Source: an uncultured Prevotellaceae bacterium
Lineage (GTDB): Bacteria; Bacteroidota; Bacteroidia; Bacteroidales; Bacteroidaceae
Direction of reading: 5' to 3'
NCBI GenBank assembly: GCA_946402905.1
Contig: CAMIYC010000005.1
Span: 46,042 to 110,041, forward strand
Length of the DNA: 64,000 nt
Numbering within the stretch: position 1 is the first letter of the stretch; each line of letters starts with the position of its first letter. The notes under the pieces are model-generated. The model was not told where the DNA came from, made no database searches, and saw only the letters and a list, made by a program, of their open reading frames with translations. Shown here piece after piece: positions 1-6,666 of this stretch. The position numbers and the translations under genes were made by a program.

Positions 1-386
1 CGCAGCCGCTCCACACCCTCGTCGTGGCTCCGCAGGGCCACTTCGCGGTTGATGGCGCTGATCTGGGCTTCCTCTCGCTTGAAGTAGCCGTCGGGCTGCT
101 GGAAGTCGAAAATGGCGGGCACAAAATACGACCAGTCGTTGCGGTCGGCCAGCAGGCCGGAGTAGGCGGCCAGAAAACCCAGACGGCCCTCCGTATCCTC
201 TGCCACCAGCACGCCAAACATCTTGCCCCTGCTGATCTCTTCCTGCCATGCGTCCACCGACCGCACGTAGGCTTGCACCTGCGCCGCGGCTTGCAGGCAG
301 AGTGGATGGGGCTCGTAGCCGAAGGGGTTGTTCAGCTGCGAGGGGCGCGGCAGGTCGCTGTCAAGGGAATGGAATGCGGAGGTCAT
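1..386 (-). CDS. 5' part of an RluA-family pseudouridine-synthase-like gene; the rest lies beyond the window edge
   Basis: The reverse complement from the ATG at 386 reads MTSAFHSLDSDLPRPSQLNNPFGYEPHPLCLQAAAQVQAYV..WQEEISRGKMFGVLV.. with no stop down to position 1. The ATGA junction overlaps the stop of the upstream gene. The N-terminal pattern resembles the extension of long Bacteroidetes RluA proteins. Confidence 0.45.
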   Translation of the reverse strand, partial: MTSAFHSLDSDLPRPSQLNNPFGYEPHPLCLQAAAQVQAYVRSVDAWQEEISRGKMFGVLVAEDTEGRLGFLAAYSGLLADRNDWSYFVPAIFDFQQPDGYFKREEAQISAINREVALRSHDEGVERL

Positions 387-3300
387 TTCAGCAGCGTGAC
401 GGCCATCAGGCCTACCACCACGTCGTTGGAGAGGGTGCGCAGGGTCAGGCTCTTCAGTTTCTTGCGGGGGTTGAGGGGCATCTTGAGCATGATGGCGGCG
501 CCACAGTCGATGATGCGGGGCTCTGCACTGTCGGGGTTGCCCGTCGGACGGGCGAAGGGCAGCCCATGGCCTTGCGTCGTGATGTCTTCGGGCGAGACTT
601 TCTGCAGGGCGTCGCCGAGGGTCCTCGACACGATGCCGCTGCCCAGGTGCACCCGGTAGGGGCGCAGGTCGCAACCCTTGAAGGCCAGACCGTCGAAATA
701 GTAGTCTTGCTCGATAGGACACCAGTTGATGGGGTTCTCCAGGTGGAGCACGTCACGGCTGCCGTCGCTGTAGGTCACCGCCACGATGCCGTTGTCGATG
801 CGGCTCTGCATGTTGTTGGTACTGCCCGCGAGCAGCAGACTGGCATATTCGGCCTTGCCTTTCAGGGGCAGTGTCACGCTGTCGGGATAGTTGTCCCAGA
901 GGGAGGTGTAGATGATGTTGTGACCCTCGGCAGGGGTGAGGAAACTCACGCCCAGACCGCTGTCAAACACACCCTTCACGGTCTTCTGGCGCAGCCCGTC
1001 GTCTTCGATGTGGGCGGTGCGCTTGGGCTGGCACCACTGGCCGATGCCCTGTTTGGGTATCTCCAGCGTGGTGTAGGGCGAGCGTGGCGAGAGGTACTCG
1101 TTGTTGAAGATGTCGTCGACATGGGCGTTGAAGTGGTCGCTGATGTCTATCATCCGTTGTTTGGCGCCAAGGATGTAGTCGGAGAGACCGGCTTCGTCGA
1201 TGTCGGTATAGGCCGTGGCGGTCTCCGGCTCCGTGGCAGACTCGGTCTCGCGGTAGGGGCCGAGGTCGATGCTCAGCGACTGCTCACTGTAGTCGTTGGC
1301 GGCGAAGTCGGTGAAGTGGCCGTTGCCGGTGTGTACCCGGATGATGATCTTCAGCGGACGGCTGAAGCGCTGGGTCACGTGGTAGCTCAGACGGTCGCCG
1401 TCGCGCCGCATCTCATAGGAGAGATAGGGGGTGGAGATAGAGGCTTCCGACCACGACTCGGGCAGGGTATACTGGATGATGCAGCGGCCGTTGAGGGCAT
1501 CGGGGCGGATGCCGAAGAGACCGTTGACGATGGCGCGGGCGGAGATGCCGATGTTGTCGCCGAAGTCGCGGTAGGCTTCGTTGCGGGCCTTGTCGTAGTA
1601 GCTGATTTGGCCGAAGTTGCCGGGGCAGGCTCCGAGAAACATGCCGTCGAGCACGTCGCTTTTCAGCAGGCGGTAGCCTTCTTCGTTCCTGCCGGCGATG
1701 AAGTAGGCCAGTGCCATGTTCATCACTTCCTCGTGGGCCACGTTGTTGGTGCTCCAGTCGTAGGGCAGCCAGTCCGACGTGCTGATGGTGGCGTATTCCA
1801 TGTCGTCGAGGGCCACCATCTGGCCGCCGCCCTCACATTCCACAGGGATATGGGGCAGATGGCGGGTGGCATAGGCCGTGGCCTCCCAGGCCTGGGAAGG
1901 GGAGCAGGCACCGCAGTCGATGGGGGTATAGATCGACCATACCGCAGCACTCTTGTGCAGGCGCTTCAGACCCATGAAGTCCTGAAATTCGGCCCAGTGG
2001 CCTTCGTCTTTCAGCCACAGACGGCGGTTCATCGCCTGTAGGATGGCTGTCGCTTCCTCGGCGTAGGGGCGGGGGTCGTCGCCGATGATCTCGGCGATGC
2101 GCGCGGCCAGGTGGTTAGCACGGTAGTTGTAGGCCGACGAGTGGGTCACCGCACCGCTGTTGTAGTAGAGGGCGTCGCTCGCCCAGATGCAGCAGTAGGC
2201 GTCGTAGAGGTGGTCGCCGTCGGGGTCGAAGTTGCGTTTCTCCCAGGCCAGGTGCAGCTTCAGCACAGGCCACATCTTCCGCATGTAGGCGGTGTCGGCG
2301 TCATAGCTCAGGTGCCACAGCAGCTCGTCGATGTAGTTCAGGTTCATGTCGTAGTGGCTCATCTTGTCGTCCTTGCCGGGCAACTTGCAGATGTAGCCGT
2401 TGCTGTACATCTGGGTGCCCCATTTCTCCTCGGCGCGAGACAGGTGCTGGGCGGTGTCCTGGGTGGGGTGGGGGTAGCGGGGCTCCACATGCGTCACCTG
2501 ACTGCGGGCGTAGGCATCGAAGTGGGAGCGCGCACGGTCGCGCCAGCCCAGCACGTCGGCCACGTAGGCACCGCGCCAGCCGGCCAGGGGGGTGCGCCAG
2601 CCACAGCAGCCGTGCAGCCAGGTCTCACCGTCCCACAGTCCGTCGGCGGCAGCTACCAAACTGCTGCCGAGCGTGTTGATGAAGGGGTCGGGGGTGCTGA
2701 TCTTCAGACAGGAGAGCAGAGACTCGAGGGCGGCTTCTTCTGCTGCAAAACGCTGGGCACCAAGGGTGTCGGCGAGCAACTCCTGGCCGGGAGTGAGCAC
2801 AATGTAGAGGTCGGAGTCGCAGGGACAGCTGAGCTGCTGCAAGGGGGGCTCGCCGGCCTTGGCTTCATAACTGCTGCGGGGCTCCAGACCGTAGTCGCCG
2901 TCGCGGGTCATCTTGGGCTTCGACACCTTGCACAGGGTGACGTGGAGCAAGGGGGCCTCGGCAAATCCTTCCGCACTGACACGCCAGATGGCACCCTCGG
3001 CGTCGTGCATGGCCAGGGCCGACATGCGCAGACGACCCTCACTCCACGACTCGTCGCCGAGCGTGTAGTCGCGCCGGCCGCCATTGTAGCGGGCTTCGCA
3101 CAGGGTGGTGGAGTCGAGTGGCTGGCGACGGCCGTTCACCGTCACGGCAAAGGCGATGTTCACGCTCTTGTCGCGGTCGTAGGTGGCGAAGACAGGACGG
3201 TCGCTGGTCTCCAGACGGAAACGGGTGTGGCTGCCATAGAGGGCACGGGTGTAGCGGTTGATGCCGTTCACGCATACGATGTCGCCCCGGTCGGGGAAAT

Positions 3301-3388
3301 AATTCATGGGGCGGGGGGGCATCTTGTTCTCGTCGGCGGCCATGGCACTCTGGCAGCAGAAAAGGATGATTAGCAGTAGTATTGTCAT
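383..3388 (-). CDS. Secreted glycoside-hydrolase-like protein (DUF4450-type N-terminus plus a six-hairpin-like region); CAZy family not assignable by eye
   Basis: Long ORF. The internal ATG at 3388 gives the signal peptide MTILLLIILFCCQSAMA. The N-terminal NGINRYTRALYGSHTRFRLETSDRPVF pattern is typical of DUF4450 proteins. The stop overlaps the next gene's start. Confidence 0.6.
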   Translation of the reverse strand: MTILLLIILFCCQSAMAADENKMPPRPMNYFPDRGDIVCVNGINRYTRALYGSHTRFRLETSDRPVFATYDRDKSVNIAFAVTVNGRRQPLDSTTLCEARYNGGRRDYTLGDESWSEGRLRMSALAMHDAEGAIWRVSAEGFAEAPLLHVTLCKVSKPKMTRDGDYGLEPRSSYEAKAGEPPLQQLSCPCDSDLYIVLTPGQELLADTLGAQRFAAEEAALESLLSCLKISTPDPFINTLGSSLVAAADGLWDGETWLHGCCGWRTPLAGWRGAYVADVLGWRDRARSHFDAYARSQVTHVEPRYPHPTQDTAQHLSRAEEKWGTQMYSNGYICKLPGKDDKMSHYDMNLNYIDELLWHLSYDADTAYMRKMWPVLKLHLAWEKRNFDPDGDHLYDAYCCIWASDALYYNSGAVTHSSAYNYRANHLAARIAEIIGDDPRPYAEEATAILQAMNRRLWLKDEGHWAEFQDFMGLKRLHKSAAVWSIYTPIDCGACSPSQAWEATAYATRHLPHIPVECEGGGQMVALDDMEYATISTSDWLPYDWSTNNVAHEEVMNMALAYFIAGRNEEGYRLLKSDVLDGMFLGACPGNFGQISYYDKARNEAYRDFGDNIGISARAIVNGLFGIRPDALNGRCIIQYTLPESWSEASISTPYLSYEMRRDGDRLSYHVTQRFSRPLKIIIRVHTGNGHFTDFAANDYSEQSLSIDLGPYRETESATEPETATAYTDIDEAGLSDYILGAKQRMIDISDHFNAHVDDIFNNEYLSPRSPYTTLEIPKQGIGQWCQPKRTAHIEDDGLRQKTVKGVFDSGLGVSFLTPAEGHNIIYTSLWDNYPDSVTLPLKGKAEYASLLLAGSTNNMQSRIDNGIVAVTYSDGSRDVLHLENPINWCPIEQDYYFDGLAFKGCDLRPYRVHLGSGIVSRTLGDALQKVSPEDITTQGHGLPFARPTGNPDSAEPRIIDCGAAIMLKMPLNPRKKLKSLTLRTLSNDVVVGLMAVTLLK

Positions 3389-3501
3389 TTTTGCTCCAAA
3401 ATTACGCCTTTTTGTGCGAATAGCCAAATTATTGGATATAAAAGAGTTGTTCTGCCTGCATGAAATATGTGGGTTTACTTGTCGGGTTGGGGAAAAAAGC
3501 A

Positions 3502-3509
3502 TAACTTTG
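3502..3509 (+). promoter_or_regulatory. Bacteroidetes -7 box TAacTTTG
   Basis: Matches the TAnnTTTG consensus about 50 bp upstream of the ATG at 3561, in an AT-rich spacer. Confidence 0.5.
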
Positions 3510-3560
3510 CACGCATAATTGATATAAGGAATTAATAGAACACACCTTTACTGAAAGAAA

Positions 3561-4562
3561 ATGCTGTCAAAAATTACCAAGACTTTCAAGCACGCTGTAG
3601 CTATCATCCGTGACAACTGGGTGCATAGCGGTGAGTACGTCCGCCAGGGCATGATCAGAAAGGCAAGGCTGCCGCTCTTCGCCGACATGCTCTATGCAGA
3701 GCTCACCACTGGCTCTGACTACGGCAATTATTATATCTTTGACTTCGAGAGCAAGAACCAGCGGGAGCGCAAGCAGTGGATCACCAACCATTTCAATGCG
3801 CACATCGCCTATAGTCACTCTGGAAAGGGCACATGGAACCTCTTCCTCGACAAGGCTAAGTTCAATGCCAGGTTCAAAGACTTCGTGCACCGTGGATGGC
3901 TCGATACGCGCGAGGCAACCACCGCTCAGGTCAGGGAGTTCATCATGGCATACGACCGGGTCATCGTCAAACCCTTCGACTTGAGCAAGGGCGATGGCAT
4001 CTATATACTCCAGTCTGGAGACGCGAAGGGGGTGGCTGCCCTCCTCGACGAGGTCGAGAGTGGGCACAACTGCCTGCTGGAGGAGGTGATGGAGAACGTG
4101 CCGGAGCTGAAAGCACTCAATCCCACCTCGCTCAACACCATACGTATCGTCACCTGTGTCAGCAGCAGCGGCGTGATCCGCTTCCTGTGCACCGTTATAC
4201 GCATGGGATGCACTGACGGATGCACCGACAATTCTTATGGCGGAGGCATCACCAGCTACATCGACCCGGCTACGGGAAAGATAGCCGGAGAGGCTAAAGA
4301 CAGAAGGCGCAACTCGCTCGCCGTCCATCCGCGCACGGGCATACACCTGCTGGGGTATCAGATACCGCAGTGGCAGGAGGTGATGGACTTTGCACGCCGG
4401 GCGGCGCAAGTCGTACCGGAGGCAAAGTATGTGGGATGGGATATCGCGGTGACCACACGCGGACTGGAACTGATCGAGGGAAACATCCCTCCGGGAGAGG
4501 GCATCATACAGGTCTGCGACGGCATACCCAAACGCCGCATGCTCATCGACTACCTCAAATAA
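3561..4562 (+). CDS. Sugar-transfer-associated ATP-grasp amidoligase (ATPgrasp_ST-like)
   Basis: 333-aa ORF. Overall similarity to the ATPgrasp_ST family: VIVKPFDLSKGDGIY, LNTIRIVT, and GWDIAVTTRGLELIEGN at the C-terminus. Confidence 0.65.
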   Translation: MLSKITKTFKHAVAIIRDNWVHSGEYVRQGMIRKARLPLFADMLYAELTTGSDYGNYYIFDFESKNQRERKQWITNHFNAHIAYSHSGKGTWNLFLDKAKFNARFKDFVHRGWLDTREATTAQVREFIMAYDRVIVKPFDLSKGDGIYILQSGDAKGVAALLDEVESGHNCLLEEVMENVPELKALNPTSLNTIRIVTCVSSSGVIRFLCTVIRMGCTDGCTDNSYGGGITSYIDPATGKIAGEAKDRRRNSLAVHPRTGIHLLGYQIPQWQEVMDFARRAAQVVPEAKYVGWDIAVTTRGLELIEGNIPPGEGIIQVCDGIPKRRMLIDYLK

Positions 4563-4580
4563 TCCCCAGGGACCTAAGGG

Positions 4581-4604
4581 AGGGCGGGCGCCCTCGCCCG
4601 CCCT
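4581..4604. terminator. GC hairpin between convergent genes
   Basis: agggcgggcg-ccct-cgcccgccct, a 10-bp perfect stem, lying between the stop at 4562 (+) and the stop at 4633 (-). Confidence 0.45.
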
Positions 4605-4646
4605 CAACCTTCCACCTTTCAACCTTCCACCTTCAACCTTCCACCT
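4604..4646. repeat. Three tandem copies of tcaaccttccacct (13-14 bp)
   Basis: Read directly. The last copy overlaps the 3' end of the TupA-like CDS. Confidence 0.8.
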
Positions 4647-5514
4647 CAATCAGCTCCCCGGCATGACGCTCAAACTCAGGCGTCTTGTGGGGGTCGAGCC
4701 CGCTGGCGGGGTAGAAGGTGTATTCGCCGAAATAGATGCGGCCCCCGACATAGAAAAAGTCGATGCGCACAAAAGGAAATCCTTCCGACATCATGGAGGC
4801 CATCTCAAACATCTTGTCCACACAGTCGGGGCGGGGCAGCGTAAAGTCCGCCGCATGGTACTTACTGTTTTCATTATAGGGCAGCACGTGCCAGTCGCGG
4901 TCTACGAAAAAATACTTCACATGACCTTTCTGGCGGTCGGTGCAGACAAGCAGACAGTCGGCCAGACCGTTGAAGCAGTATATTTTATAGTCTACCAGGT
5001 TGTCGCCGAGGTAACGCTCGGCGAAGATACGGTGGGGCACATCTTTGTAGGGCCACTCCCTGTAGCGGTAGTAGACGTCGGTGGCAAGTGAGGCGGCGAG
5101 CTTCGACTGGGCCTGGCCGCGGTCAAACGTGGCCTTGTCCTTGCAGATCACGATGCCCATGTTGCCGCCGTGGTGCGTCGTCTTCAGCACAAACTCATTG
5201 GGCAGGTGGTCGAAGTCGATGTCTTCAGGACGGTCCCACACACCCAGCACCGGACACACATATTCCTCACCCAGTATCTGACGCACATGGTCTTTCACCG
5301 CCAGCTTGTCCACCAGGGTGGTCAGGCGGGGCGTGCGATGGTGCAGCTTCAGCCATTGCAGCTTCTCACTGAAGGTCTGGGGAGATTTCAGGTTCAGGCG
5401 CTTGTCCATCGTGAGGTTGAAGAGCAGACGCAGGTACAGTTCATCAGGAAATAGTCGGGAATGGTGCATCACCAGCCGCTTCAACTCACTCTTCAAGGTC
5501 TTTTTCTTCGTCAT
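4633..5514 (-). CDS. TupA-like ATP-grasp amidoligase
   Basis: LNLKSPQTFSEKLQWLKLHHR, VLKTTHHGGNMGIVICKD, YKIYCFNG and FVRIDFFYVGGRIYFGEYTFYPASG match the ATPgrasp_TupA family along the whole length. I chose the start at the ATG at 5514 (MTKKKTLKSEL). Confidence 0.8.
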   Translation of the reverse strand: MTKKKTLKSELKRLVMHHSRLFPDELYLRLLFNLTMDKRLNLKSPQTFSEKLQWLKLHHRTPRLTTLVDKLAVKDHVRQILGEEYVCPVLGVWDRPEDIDFDHLPNEFVLKTTHHGGNMGIVICKDKATFDRGQAQSKLAASLATDVYYRYREWPYKDVPHRIFAERYLGDNLVDYKIYCFNGLADCLLVCTDRQKGHVKYFFVDRDWHVLPYNENSKYHAADFTLPRPDCVDKMFEMASMMSEGFPFVRIDFFYVGGRIYFGEYTFYPASGLDPHKTPEFERHAGELIEVEG

Positions 5515-5542
5515 CAGGTCAAGGGATAAAAAGGAGAACACA

Positions 5543-6286
5543 CTACCTGAAAAGGGCTCTCGCCTTGTCTGTGCAGTGGCGCAGGGCACCAAGGCAGTAG
5601 CCGAGCTTAGACACCCTGAACGACATACCCTCGTTGAGAGCGTCTTTGCATGGATTGCAGTGACCGCAGGTCCTGCCCAGCACCGGACGGTGGCAAAACC
5701 ACGTCATACGGGCTATCTTCTCCGCACCGTGCGATTTCAGGTATTCCCATTCCGTGGGCTTCTCCAGGTTTTTCATGAATGTGGGGAAATATAGACGCTC
5801 AAAAATGATGTAGGCAGGCAGACTCTTGTCCTGAGACTGCACACGCAGGAACATCCCGTCGTAGCCTTCCTCCTCGGTCAGCTCCACAGGCTTGCGCAGC
5901 GCGCTCTCCACCTTCGAACGCTCACCGAAGAGCACGCCCACCACCAGGTGAAGGTCACGCTGGCGGGCGAAACGGGCCAGAAAATTGTATTGAGTGCCCA
6001 GGTCGTAGCGATGGTGCAGCTCTTCCCAGGCGGCGATGATCTCCTTGTCCTGGGCGATGTCGCTGCTCTTGATGACTTCCACAGGATGAATCAGCGCCTT
6101 GGTATCAGGACACCGACGCAGCTCTGCAGATATCGAAGCGATCGCCTTGAGTTCCATCTGGGTAGACTCTCTCATAGGGTCGACGATATAGTAGGGCTGT
6201 ATCTCTTTGTTCAACTTCGACAGTCTGAACATCAGATAGGTGCTGTCGAGGCCGCCAGTCCAGAGTACGCTGATAGTTTCCTTCAT
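5543..6286 (-). CDS. QueC-like PP-loop ATPase (7-cyano-7-deazaguanine-synthase family paralog)
   Basis: MKETISVLWTGGLDS is an SGGxDS-type PP-loop. The C-terminal CHRPVLGRTCGHCNPCKDA is a Cys cluster like the QueC zinc site. I prefer the ATG at 6286 over the TTG at 6301. Confidence 0.6.
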   Translation of the reverse strand: MKETISVLWTGGLDSTYLMFRLSKLNKEIQPYYIVDPMRESTQMELKAIASISAELRRCPDTKALIHPVEVIKSSDIAQDKEIIAAWEELHHRYDLGTQYNFLARFARQRDLHLVVGVLFGERSKVESALRKPVELTEEEGYDGMFLRVQSQDKSLPAYIIFERLYFPTFMKNLEKPTEWEYLKSHGAEKIARMTWFCHRPVLGRTCGHCNPCKDALNEGMSFRVSKLGYCLGALRHCTDKARALFR

Positions 6287-6424
6287 TTCTTTAGGGTTCA
6301 ATGTGTTAGATAAGCATCATCAATGAGTGATCGTATACATTTCCTTTTCAGACTGCAAAGATAATGAAATTCAACCGCAAAACGAAATAAATTCATTTAT
6401 TTCTTTTCCCAAGATGCATCTTAT

Positions 6425-6666
6425 CCCTCAAAACCCCCTCAAAGCCCCCTCTCTCAGAGCCCCTCTCTCAAAGCCCTCCCTCAGAGCCCCCTCTCAAAGC
6501 CCCTCTCAGAGCCCCCTCAGAGCCCCCTCTCAGAGCCCCCTCTCTCAAAAGCCCCTTTGTTCATTGTCTGGCGGATTTAATCCGCCAGCTCAGCCCGCCA
6601 GCTCAGCCCGCCAGCCCAGTCCGCCAGCCTCCCCTCTCAAAAGCCTCCCCCTCAAAAAGCCTCCTC
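6425..6666. repeat. Degenerate tandem tract, C-rich on the + strand (ctcagagcccc / ctcaaagcccc units, then ccgccagctcagc units)
   Basis: Read directly. At least 13 runs of C3 or longer. It fills the spacer between the GH3 stop and the QueC-like start. Confidence 0.85.

Noticed and set aside
248-2041. 597-aa plus-strand ORF, and similar long ORFs at 2111-3373 (+), 6847-9585 (+), 27685-28713 (+), 43849-44739 (+) and 61078-62460 (-), lying antisense to well-supported genes
   Set aside because: Their translations are Gly/Ala/Val/Arg/His-rich low-information strings, typical of the antisense frame of GC-rich genes. The opposite strand carries clear family motifs.
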